A stretch of 64,000 nucleotides of DNA from Nemertoderma westbladi (taxonomy: Eukaryota > Animalia > Xenacoelomorpha): positions 3,178 through 67,177 of the forward strand of contig JAUCBJ010000147.1 in the NCBI GenBank assembly GCA_032718475.1, given 5' to 3'. Positions within the stretch are counted from its first letter, which is position 1; each line of letters begins with the position of its first letter. The position numbers were made by a program, and so were the translations under genes. Shown here one piece after another: positions 11,109 to 21,809 of this stretch. The notes below the pieces were generated by a model. That model worked only from the letters and a program-made list of their open reading frames with translations, was not told where the DNA came from and ran no database searches.

Positions 11109-14100
11109 ATGGCGCCAGAATATCCGTTTAAAGCGGAATACGCTAAAAGCGGTAGAGCTTCTTGCAAAGGGTGCAAGGAAGGAATCGGTCAAGGAGTCCT
11201 GAGGTTGGCTATCATGGTCCAGTCGCCATTCTTCGACGGCCGCCAGGCGAACTGGTACCATCAAAAGTGCTTCTTTAAGAAGCAGAAGCCCAAACACCAC
11301 ACCGTAATCGAGGGGTTTGCAAATCTCCGCTGGGATGACCAAGAAAAAATAAAAGAGAGCATAGGAGATACGGGCGTTCCAGAACCTCAAGCGTCCACAA
11401 TTAAGAAAGGCAAAGCGAAAAGTAAAACAAAGGAGGTTAAAACTGATTCCAACGGGATGGTAGTTGCGTTTCTAACAGAGTTTCATGTGGAATATTCAAA
11501 GTCAAGTCGGGCTTTATGTCGGGTGTGTGACAACCCCATCATAAAGAAGGAGGTTAGAATGTCCAAGAAGGAAGCGGATGCGCGTTATGGGATGCTCGAT
11601 GCTTGGCATCATGTCGAGTGTTTCGCGGAGAATTTAGACGAACTCGGATTCACCTACAATATAGCGGATGTGGATGGTTTCACGGCTTTAACAGAAGACG
11701 ATCGTAATAAATTGCTTTCTGTTCTGCCGTCTACAAATAAAGTCGTAGTTGGGTCTAAACGAAAGCCAACTGTGGAAAAGGATATACCGATAGTGAAAAA
11801 ACCAAAACCAGCACTTTCTGCAATGGATAAAAAGTTAAAAGAACAGAGCAGTTTATTGTGGGGTATCAAAGATGCCTTACAAGCCGCCCTTTCTGGCCCT
11901 CAGATGAAGAGTTTACTGGCCCATAATAGTCAGTATGTGCCTGTGACTGGACAGGCGGCTGACGCCTGTGTCGATATGCTCGCATTCGGACCTCTGGAGC
12001 CTTGTGGTCAGTGCACCACAGACGGTCTGGTCAGTCTGCTAGATGGGGCGGATGGGTATAAATGTCATGGGCAAATCTCAGAATGGACCAAATGTTTCTA
12101 CAGGACGCAGAGTCCTGCAAGAAGATCCAACTTCTCTATCCCCAAGGGTCTGCGTTTCTGCGAATATTTGAAGGACTTTAAGTTTAAGAAGAGAGAGCGG
12201 TTGTTCCCTGTGGGGGTTGGATTGACGACTAACGAAGCACCGGTGCGATCCTCTTCAAGCGTTCCCGCTCCCGAGACCGGGAAACCGCTACGTGGCTGCG
12301 CAATATCTATCCTGGGGAAACTCACAAAAACCAAAGCCACTGTGAAACAGTCCGTGGAGAATCTTGGAGGGCGACTTCAGGATAAAATAGACGGAAGTCT
12401 CGTGGGAATACTCTCTAGCGAAGCCGAGTTGGAGAAAATGTCCCGCAAGATGAAAGCCGCCAAAGAGTTCGAAGTTAATATCATTTCTATCGACTTTCTG
12501 GAAGCTGTGGAAAAGAAGGAAGATGCCGAAACTGTAGCTAACCTGGTAGAGAAGCACACGATTAGCGAATGGAAGTCAGACCCCACGTCGAAAATAAAGA
12601 AGGTTGAAGTTAAGAGCTTATTAAAAAAGCAGAAGAGTAGAGAAGAGAAGATGTTTAAGAGTTCAGTGAAGTCGTTGAAGGTAACGGTGAAGGGTGGGGC
12701 TGCGGTGGACCCTGAGTCGGGACTGGAAGACAATGGACAGGTACTGAAGGACATGAACGGGCTACACACCGCCGTGCTGGGGAAGGTAGACTTAGTACAG
12801 GGTCAAAACAGTTACTACAAACTTCAGGTGATAGAGAAGGAACGGGGAGGACCCAAGTGGAATGTGTTCCGTTCCTGGGGACGGGTTGGAACTACGATAG
12901 GCGGCTCGAGGGTCGACACTTTTGGCTCGAAACTCGAGGCCAAACAGTTCTTCCAGGAGCATTACTTAGAGAAGTCGGGTAATAATTGGGCGGATCGGGA
13001 TAATTTCGTGAAGAAACCGCGGTGTTTCTTCCCGTTGGACATCGATTACTCCACGCAAGAGGATGACAACGAGTCATCTGCGCGACTACGGGACTCTGGG
13101 AGCGAGTCCAAGCTGGCAAAACCCATCCAGGACATCGTGAAAATGATATTCGATATCGAGACAATGAAGAAAACCTTGGTTGAGTTTGAGATAGACCTTG
13201 AAAAAATGCCACTGGGTAAATTGTCCAAAAAGCATATTGAGGGCGCTTACGTTGTGCTGACGGAGTTGCAAGGGATACTCACTGACGATAACCCGGGAGG
13301 AAGACAAGTGAAACTCATCGACGCTTCCAATCGCTTCTACACGCTGATTCCGCACTCATTCGGCCTCGAGCAAATCCCCTTGTTGGACACAGAGGAATCG
13401 ATAAAAGAGAAAACTGCAATGCTGGATAACCTCCTGGAGATGGAGGTCGCTTATAGTCTACTGAAAGGTACTAAGGTGGAGGCCGGCACTGACCCAATGG
13501 ATGCTCATTATAATAAGTTGAAGTGCGAGATGGGAGTTGTAGATAAAGAGAGTGAAACTTTCAGTATGATCAAGGAATTCATCACCAACACTCATGCCAA
13601 GACACACTCCGGATACACGTTGGAGTTATTAGACGCTTTTGAGATTCAGCGCCAAGGCGAGGCACAGCGTTTCAAGCCGTTTAAGGACCTCCCTAATCGC
13701 AAGCTGTTGTGGCACGGCTCTCGCGTTACCAATTACGCCGGTATCCTATCGCAAGGCCTCCGTATCGCTCCTCCCGAGGCTCCATCCACCGGATACATGT
13801 TCGGTAAGGGGATCTACTTCGCCGATATGGTGTCCAAATCGGCCAACTACTGCTCCACTTCCCCTTCCGCTAACACCGCTCTCATGTTGTTATGCGATGT
13901 AGCGCTCGGTAATATGATGGAGAAGACGCAGGCCCATTACGTCGACAAGCTGCCCAAAGGGAAACACTCGATGAAGGGTTGTGGGAGAACCTGCCCCGAT
14001 CCCAAACAGGATAGGGTCATAGACGGAGGTGTAGTCGTCCCCATGGGAACGTCTTTCAATACAGGTACCACGAACTCTAGTCTACTGTACAACGAGTATA

Positions 14101-14180
14101 TTGTCTACGATGTCGGCCAAGTGTCCATGAAGTACCTCCTGAAACTAAAGTTCAACTATAAAAATTTGTACGGATTTTAA
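11109..14180 (+). CDS. PARP1: Poly(ADP-ribose) polymerase 1, full length, single coding exon (copy 1)
   Basis: 1023-aa ORF with ZnF1 (AEYAKSGRASCKGC..WYHQKC), ZnF2 (EYSKSSRALCRVC..WHHVEC), ZnF3/PADR1 (CGQC..YKCHGQISEWTKC), BRCT, WGR (VFRSWGRVGT), helical domain (MPLGKLSK, SNRFYTLIPHSFG) and catalytic H-Y-E triad (LLWHGSR, GYMFGKGIYFAD, LLYNEYIVYD). Confidence 0.99.
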   Translation: MAPEYPFKAEYAKSGRASCKGCKEGIGQGVLRLAIMVQSPFFDGRQANWYHQKCFFKKQKPKHHTVIEGFANLRWDDQEKIKESIGDTGVPEPQASTIKKGKAKSKTKEVKTDSNGMVVAFLTEFHVEYSKSSRALCRVCDNPIIKKEVRMSKKEADARYGMLDAWHHVECFAENLDELGFTYNIADVDGFTALTEDDRNKLLSVLPSTNKVVVGSKRKPTVEKDIPIVKKPKPALSAMDKKLKEQSSLLWGIKDALQAALSGPQMKSLLAHNSQYVPVTGQAADACVDMLAFGPLEPCGQCTTDGLVSLLDGADGYKCHGQISEWTKCFYRTQSPARRSNFSIPKGLRFCEYLKDFKFKKRERLFPVGVGLTTNEAPVRSSSSVPAPETGKPLRGCAISILGKLTKTKATVKQSVENLGGRLQDKIDGSLVGILSSEAELEKMSRKMKAAKEFEVNIISIDFLEAVEKKEDAETVANLVEKHTISEWKSDPTSKIKKVEVKSLLKKQKSREEKMFKSSVKSLKVTVKGGAAVDPESGLEDNGQVLKDMNGLHTAVLGKVDLVQGQNSYYKLQVIEKERGGPKWNVFRSWGRVGTTIGGSRVDTFGSKLEAKQFFQEHYLEKSGNNWADRDNFVKKPRCFFPLDIDYSTQEDDNESSARLRDSGSESKLAKPIQDIVKMIFDIETMKKTLVEFEIDLEKMPLGKLSKKHIEGAYVVLTELQGILTDDNPGGRQVKLIDASNRFYTLIPHSFGLEQIPLLDTEESIKEKTAMLDNLLEMEVAYSLLKGTKVEAGTDPMDAHYNKLKCEMGVVDKESETFSMIKEFITNTHAKTHSGYTLELLDAFEIQRQGEAQRFKPFKDLPNRKLLWHGSRVTNYAGILSQGLRIAPPEAPSTGYMFGKGIYFADMVSKSANYCSTSPSANTALMLLCDVALGNMMEKTQAHYVDKLPKGKHSMKGCGRTCPDPKQDRVIDGGVVVPMGTSFNTGTTNSSLLYNEYIVYDVGQVSMKYLLKLKFNYKNLYGF

Positions 14181-15109
14181 TTCTCTGGAAATATAGTTTC
14201 TTGAAGGGCGTCGAAACTCATATAACCTACGACCACACACTTACTCCCCGACTGTCTCCATTAACCGGGAGGTTAAATACAGGTTTAGCAGTTTTAAACT
14301 TACTTGTCCGGGAATCGTGCTTCCTTTACTTTAAACCTGTGGTCAATCAGTCGAACTTTGTATAGTAAATATGAACTTGTAACGATTTGCCTCGGTATTT
14401 TAATACCCCGGTAATACAAAGATTCTACGAATTAATCATAATGAAACTGTGATTGACCGATTGTTTGAAATCGGCAGAACTCCTTAAAAACTAAATAGTA
14501 CCGGTACATTATTTTAAATAAGATATTATTATACCTATCTCTATAATCTATACAGCCTATATATCTCGTACATTATACCTATATTATCGATCATAATATG
14601 ATTTACTAACTTTAAAAATATATTTAAATGTTTCAATAATTAGTGCGGGTGGGGGGGGGGGGGGTGGTCATTGCTCGCTATGGATATAACCTACGTAAAA
14701 TAGACTGAGAAGACCTGTGTAATATTGTTTCTAATCTATATGCATTGTATTAAGGTTTTAATTACGAATTCAGTTTTTCATCAGCAATCGTTTCCAAATG
14801 TTACAATTTATGATTAAATCTTAACTTTACTTTTGCAATGTGAAGAAAATTGGCCTAATTAGAGACGATATTTTTTTGGAAAAAAAGTTTATCTAGAACA
14901 AAGTAAATATTATTCGGAAAGCTCAGAGTCTGCGGAATTCAATTTATAGTATCATCGGAGCTTAATAAAATGTTATTAAACACTGCCTAACTTTCTGTTA
15001 ACAACTTCCTGTAAATAAACAATAATTATTCCAACAGATTTTCTAATAATCGCATCGCGTGAGACATTTCCTTGCCTAATTTTTGTTGGGCACAGCTTTG
15101 CAAAGTCGG

Positions 15110-15185
15110 CAATGATGTCCAAGTGGATCGAACTGGTGACCTCCGGGTTGGAAATCTGACGCAATAACCATTCAGCTAGCGGTTC
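15110..15185 (-). mobile_element. tRNA-derived SINE head (duplicate at ~29895-29970)
   Basis: The minus strand has A-box-like TAGCTGAATGG and B-box GTTCGATCC at tRNA spacing, but the stems do not pair. Confidence 0.55.
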
Positions 15186-16645
15186 AGGTAAAAGATAGAC
15201 CTGGAAATACTACCTGATACCTTGTATGTCCGCGTTTTACCTCCTCATGGCCTTACACCTGTTTTTCCTTGCCTGTAGCTATAACGAGAATGCGGTTACA
15301 AATAGAGGCCATTTTTTGGTATTCATGATACTACCAATACCAAAACCACATTGCAATGGCGGCGCAGGAGCACTTAGTGAGAAGTGCGACCGAGTTATCA
15401 TAAAAAAAAGAAGCAAAGACAATTTCGGAACTGTTAATCGTTAATCGGAGCAGTTTAGTACGGTACGGCTATTCCAGATTTATTAATGGTGATTGAATTG
15501 TTCGTTTTAATGTAGTGTTAATGTAATAGAACAATGAAAATCAGTATGTTATTGTTTGCCATATTTTTTGGTATTATTTTTATTAATGTAGGCCTATATA
15601 CTCTTTCTTGTAATAACTTTTCTCTGCTGACTACGCTAAATTTTAGTAAGGTTGTTCCTATAAGCTTTGTATTCCGATAGTTTTGGCGGCCGTTTGACTT
15701 TGCCATTAATATATAATATTAGTATATTATAATATTAAAATATAATATTAATTTCTATAATAATTTATAATTAGTATAAAAGCCGTTAACATTCCAGGGT
15801 GTACTTTTATAGGTCCGCCATATGTTTCAAGTAGTCTGTATGATGTACTGTACTGTTGGTAACAGTCACATAAAAATCCAGGTTATATGGTTACGAGATC
15901 CCAGTTCCGGTTTATAGTTAGTTTTTAATTACTTGTAGTCAGTATCAGCTAGTGTTACATAAGAGAGCAACTTAATGAATTATTCTAATTCCAGACTTAA
16001 CAAGCACCAGATGCAATACCTATCATAGTATTTAATGGACACTTTAGCAAACTACACAGTAAACAGTTTACATAACACAATACTTGCGCGATTGTTGCGC
16101 GAGTGTTATTGCCTCTTAAACTGCTGCAAGTGCCGTACAATCGATAATTCCTTTCTATCGTAGTGGCGTAAAACATAGCAGAACACAACTGTCTCTGACC
16201 AATATATTCACGAAATCACTTAATAGATAGACTAGCATTTTGTTTTTATGACTACAACAGTGTATACATACAGTACTAATATATTAATTCGTAATTTTCT
16301 CTTCTTTTATTTTAATTGTCGTAATTTTATTACTATCTTCTTTAAATTCGCTATTTTAACGGGCGACCATGTATGTTAATAAATTTCTTATTGTGTTCCA
16401 TTCGATATTTTATCATATACTTTGTTATCACATCGTACACAACACACAGCCCACCACGTAAAATTACTAATATTTATATTATGTGTATTTCAGGGTTATC
16501 ATTCAGTACTGTATTTACATTGTTTGTGCTCGAGGGTATTTCTTTTATTATTTGTGTAACAACGGTGTACATGTATAATGTATAGCTCTGATGCATGTGT
16601 ACTGTAAACTATATACATTTGGTTAATACGCAGTAGATAAATGAG

Positions 16646-17436
16646 ATGGGAGACGAAAATTCGAAACCGATAATTAATGTGACTGTGGAATGTGAAGGAG
16701 AGAACACAGTTCTTTGTAAACCAGGTAGAGTGGTCAATTCTACAACAGTAGCAGTGGAATTATTAATCATAACACCTTGCATCATAATACTTTACAACAC
16801 CTTGCATCTCCCGCTACTAAATTTATATTCGGTTGTTTCAATAAATTTCAAAACACGGGAGTTGAACACCGCCTTGAATTGATTCCTAATGTAGGCCTAG
16901 GCCTATCATAATTTGAAAATGAATTATTAACGGTGCCGCGGAGAGGAAAAAATTCAACTTTAGAACTCAGCTATTCTTCGACAGTTTTCAGATATTGAGA
17001 TTTTTCCACATTCTTTCTATAAAACATGCAGGAACCACATGAATGGTGCCTGAATCGTCCATCTGAACGAAACCCAATATAATGTAAAATAACCATCTGA
17101 GTATCAATAACACCAACTAATAGCGTTGGCCTATATCGCTGTTTGTTTTACAGGTGGCCCCTTATCAATAAGGGGGGAGATAAAGGTATCCGGGAAGCAG
17201 TACCGTAGAACCGACATCAGTAAGCTAACAGTAACATTACACCAAATTACACGAATAACATTCACCGACCCTCCCAGCGGTGTCAAGTACGGGGCCAATG
17301 GATACCATATAACCAAGGGAATTCTCCAGTTAACAGAGGCGGGTAAATGGGACCCTCACAACACAACTATTGGCTACCTGGTTGTCTTGGAAAACGTTAC
17401 AATGCCTAGTCACGAGGATTCTAATTCTAGAATTAG
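16646..17436 (+). pseudogene. Orphaned duplicate of exons 1-2 (16646-16724, 17154-17436) of the arrestin-fold-like gene
   Basis: Same translation as 31431-31509 and 31939-32221 with intact GT/AG sites. The terminal exon (51310-51925) lies outside the duplicated unit. Confidence 0.7.
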
Positions 17437-17705
17437 GTAAGTATGACAATTAAATGACTTACTGAAGTTAATAGCCTACCATATTATATAAAGTTACGAA
17501 CTGTTGTACATAACAATGATTACCATAAGAAAATATTATAATTCAGTAAATTAGTGAAAAATAATACATATTTAGGGCCCTTGCCCTACAATACAATAAG
17601 TACTTCGGCCTAATTATATTTGATTTAATGACAAGCTGCTAATATTAAAAAATCTTAACAAACTGTAGATGCAAGCGCAACAAATTATATCGGAATCTAA
17701 TAGAC

Positions 17706-20700
17706 CAGTGTTCAGGTGCCATCTGTCAGCTGATCGGATCTGAATCTACTGGATCAGTGTTCAGGTGCCATCTGTCAGCTGATCGGATCTTAATCTACTG
17801 GATCAGTGTTCAGGTGCCATCTGTCAGCTGATCGGATCTGAATCTACTGGATCAGTGTTCAGGTGCCATCTGTCAGTTGATCGGATCGGAATCTACTGGA
17901 TCAGTGTTCAGGTGCCATCTGTCAGCTGATCGGATCTGAATCTACTGGATCAGTGTTCAGGTGCCATCTGTCAGCTGATCGGATCTGAATCTACTGGATC
18001 AGTGTTCAGGTGCCATCTGTCAGTTGATCGGATCGGAATCTACTGGATCAGTGTTCAGGTGCCACCTGTCAGCTGATCGGATCTGAATCTACTGGATCAG
18101 TGTTCAGGTGCCATCTGTCAGCTGATCGGATCTGAATATACTGGGTCAGTGTTCAGGTGCCATCTGTCAGCTGATATGATCTGAATCTACTGGATCAGTG
18201 TTCAGGTGCCATCTGTCAGCTGATCGGATCTGAATCTACTGGATCAGTGTTCAGGTGTCAGCTGATCGGATCGGAATCTACTGGATCAGTGTTCAGGTGC
18301 CATCTGTCAGCTGATCGGTTCTGAAGCTATTGGATCAGTGTTTAGGTGCCATCTGTCAGATGATCGGATCTGAATCTACTGGATCAGTGTTCAGGTGCCA
18401 CCTGTCAGCTGATCGGATCTGAATCTACTGGATCAGTGTTCAGGTGCCATCTGTCAGCTGATCGGATCTGAATCTACTGGATCAGTTTTCAGGTGCCATC
18501 TGTCAGCTGATCGGATCTGAATCTACTGGATCAGAGTTCAGGTGTCATCTGTCAGCGGATCGGATCTGAATCTACTGGATCAGTGTTCAGGTGCCATCTG
18601 TCAGCTGATAGGATCTGAATCTACTGGATCAGTGTTCAGGTGCCATCTGTCAGCTGATAGGATCTGAATCTACTGGATCAGTGTTCAGGTGCCATCTGTC
18701 AGCTGATCGGATCTGAATCTACTGGATCAGTGTTCAGGTGCCATCTGTCAGCTGATCGGATCTGAATCTACTGGATCAGTGTTCAGGTGCCATCTGTCAG
18801 CTGATAGGATGTGAATCTACATGATCAGTGTTCAGGTGCCATCTGTCAGCTGCTCGGATCTGAATCTACTGGATGAGTGTTCAGGTGTCAGCTGATCGGA
18901 TCTGAATCTACTGGATCAGTGTTAAGGTGTCTGCTGATCGGATCGGAATCCACTGGATCAATGTTCTGGTGCCATCTGTCAGCTGATCGGATCTGAATCT
19001 ACTGGATCAGTGTTTAGGTGCCATCTGTCAGCTGATCGGATCTGAATCTACTGGATCAGTGTTCAGGTGCCATCTGTCAGCTGATCGGATCTGAATCTAC
19101 TGGATCAGTGTTCAGGTGCCATCTGTCAGTTGATCGGATCGGAATCTACTGGATCAGTGTTCAGGTGCCATCTGTCAGTTGATCGGATCGGAATCTACTG
19201 GATCAGTGTTCAGGTGCCACCTGTCAGCTGATCGGATCTGAATCTACTGGATCAGTGTTCAGGTGCCACCTGTCAGCTGATCGGATCTGAATCTACTGGA
19301 TCAGTGTTCAGGTGCCATCTGTCAGCTGATCGGATCTGAATCTACTGGATCAGTTTTCAGGTGCCATCTGTCAGCTGATCGGATCTGAATCTACTTGATC
19401 AGTGTTCAGGTGCCATCTGTCAGCTGATCGGATCTGAATCTACTGGATCAGTGTTCAGGTGCCATCTGTCAGCTGATAGGATCTGAATCTACTGGATCAG
19501 TGTTCAGGTGCCATCTGTCAGCTGATAGGATCTGAATCTACTGGATCAGTGTTCAGGTGCCATCTGTCAGCTGATCGGATCTGAATCTACTGGATCAGTG
19601 TTCAGGTGCCATCTGTCAGCTGATCGGATCTGAATCTACTGGATCAGTGTTCAGGTGCCATCTGTCAGCTGATAGGATCTGAATCTACTGGATCAGTGTT
19701 CAGGTGCCATCTGTCAGCTGCTCGGATCTGAATCTACTGGATGAGTGTTCAGGTGTCAGCTGATCGGATCTGAATCTACTGGATCAGTGTTCAGGTGTCA
19801 GCTGATCGGATCGGAATCCACTGGATCAATGTTCAGGTGCCATCTGTCAGCTGATCGGATCTGAATCTACTGGATCAGTGTTCAGGTGCCATCTGTCAGC
19901 TGATAGGATCTGAATCTACTGGATCAGTGTTCAGGTGCCATCTGTCAGCTGATAGGATCTGAATCTACTGGATCAGTGTTCAGGTGCCATCTGTCAGCTG
20001 ATCGGATCTGAATCTACTGGATCAGTGTTCAGGTGCCATCTGTCAGCTGATCGGATCTGAATCTACTGGATCAGTGTTCAGGTGCCATCTGTCAGCTGAT
20101 AGGATCTGAATCTACTGGATCAGTGTTCAGGTGCCATCTGTCAGCTGCTCGGATCTGAATCTACTGGATGAGTGTTCAGGTGTCAGCTGATCGGATCTGA
20201 ATCTACTGGATCAGTGTTCAGGTGTCAGCTGATCGGATCGGAATCCACTGGATCAATGTTCAGGTGCCATCTGTCAGCTGATCGGATCTGAATCTACTGG
20301 ATCAGTGTTCAGGTGCCATCTGTCAGCTGATCGGATCTGAATCTACTGGATCAGTGTTCAGGTGCCATCTGTCAGCTGATCGGATCTGACTCTACTGGAT
20401 CAGTGTTCAGGTGCCATCTGTCAGCGGATAGGATCTGCATCTACTGGATCAGTGTTCAGGTGCCATCTGTCAGCTGATCGGATCTGAATCTACTGGATCA
20501 GCGTTCAGGTACCATCTGTCAGCTGATCGGATCTGAATCTACTGGAGCAGTGTTCAGGTACCATCTGTCAGCTGATAGGATCTGAATCTACTGGATCAGT
20601 GTTCAGGTGTCAGCTGATCGGATCTGAATCTACTGTATCAGTGTTCAGGTACCATCTGTCAGCTGATCGGATCTGAATCTACTGGATCAGTGTTCAGGTG

Positions 20701-20768
20701 CCATTTGTCGGCTGATCGGATCTGAATCTACTCGATCAGTGTTCAGGTGCCATCTGTCAGCTGATCGG
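17706..20768. repeat. 49-bp satellite array (~63 monomers), copy 1
   Basis: Monomer CAGTGTTCAGGTGCCATCTGTCAGCTGATCGGATCTGAATCTACTGGAT; 42-bp variants lack CCATCTG. Confidence 0.97.
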
Positions 20769-20876
20769 TATATTTTACCCCAACCAAGAGGGGTTTCTCA
20801 AGAAGTTAAAACTAGATGAGCGACAATAGTACGGAATTCCCAATTGAGGCATGTGTTGGGGGTCGGTGGGGGGAGG

Positions 20877-20914
20877 CATGGAATTCTATATAGAGATCTA
20901 TATAGCATTCCATG
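20877..20914. mobile_element. 38-bp palindromic micro-element with 8-bp TSD, hAT-like geometry (duplicate at 35662-35699)
   Basis: GGGGGAGG|CATGGAATTCTATATAGAGATCTATATAGCATTCCATG|GGGGGAGG. Confidence 0.65.
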
Positions 20915-21642
20915 GGGGGAGGCTTACTCTTCTTCACATCATTGGGAAGTACATGTAGCATCGCAAACTTGCGCAAATCACGTCCTGCTTCTTAATAATG
21001 TGGTCTGAATAACGCATCAACCCATTATTAACAAACAGAAAGTGATAGATGCAAGTGTTAAAGCTTTTGCGGCAAAAATGTGTCGTTTTTGTGCAATGGG
21101 CGAACTACTCTAAACTTGGCATTGTCTTGAGGGACTGGGGAATTTATAAATTTACGCCCTCTAGCGTTTATTTTGGTACAGAGCTCTGGTCAGCAACTCC
21201 AAGCAAAAAACAGCTGCTCTAGTGATGAGCTCGCCAGCTATTGGTCAGTAATTTATCTTTATCCCGTAAGCTCTGTGTTATTTTCCGGCCAATCAGCACA
21301 ATCCACATCCTTAGAACCCCTGGACCCTGGTTTTCCCTAGAAAAGATGTCGCAATCCAGCAAATTCTTCAGTTTCTGATACTCTGACATTCTGAATTTGC
21401 CCGAGACCATCTGTGGCCAGACTGCCAGAGTGTTATGAAATCGTTCATTGCTGATGTCAGTTTTCCATTTTTTGGAAAATCGAGTCTTCTAACTGACTAT
21501 CTGATATCTGTCGATGAGTCAATTTGTCTGTCGGTCTGTCTGTACGTCAAAATAAATATATTATTTCGCACAAAATAGCTAAATATTTCTCTATGGGAGT
21601 TTTCGTCGTCGGGAATTTCATTTCCGATGTCGATTATTGCGG

Positions 21643-21809
21643 TGTAGGCTACTTTGTATTATTCGATTGATCGCTACTATATAATCTCTAACAACTATAT
21701 TTACTTTCGGGGAAATATTAACAGTTCCTTTGGGACGTGGCGCTTTAAGTATAAAACAGAGTTATGACTTACACTAATCACAACAAGATAGCTATGGAAT
21801 CTCGTAAAT
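21643..21809 (-). mobile_element. Partial BEL/Pao LTR cut by the duplication breakpoint
   Basis: Matches 36428-36594; homology stops at CTCGTAAAT. Confidence 0.9.

Larger units (their letters stand above)
7355..21809. repeat. Segmental tandem duplication, copy 1 (~14.45 kb)
   Basis: All ORFs recur with offsets 14452 (before the insert), 14786 and 14785. The start GGC|AATGTCTCATG matches the junction at 21807. Confidence 0.97.

Noticed and set aside
11073-13902. Short antisense and alternate-frame ORFs overlapping PARP1 (and the equivalents in VPS33A and pol)
   Set aside because: Shadow ORFs of GC-richer coding sequence with no recognisable motifs.
14646-14667. Poly-G/C tracts (also ~51148-51168 and ~61861-61884) as functional G-quadruplexes
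   Set aside because: Simple homopolymers with no further support; their lengths are also prone to sequencing error.
15110-15185. tRNA gene (TCC in an anticodon-like loop)
   Set aside because: Acceptor and anticodon stems do not pair; better explained as a SINE head.
17706-20768. CRISPR-like regular array (also 1861-2628 and 61936-62418)
   Set aside because: No unique spacers and no cas genes; eukaryotic context. These are plain tandem repeats.
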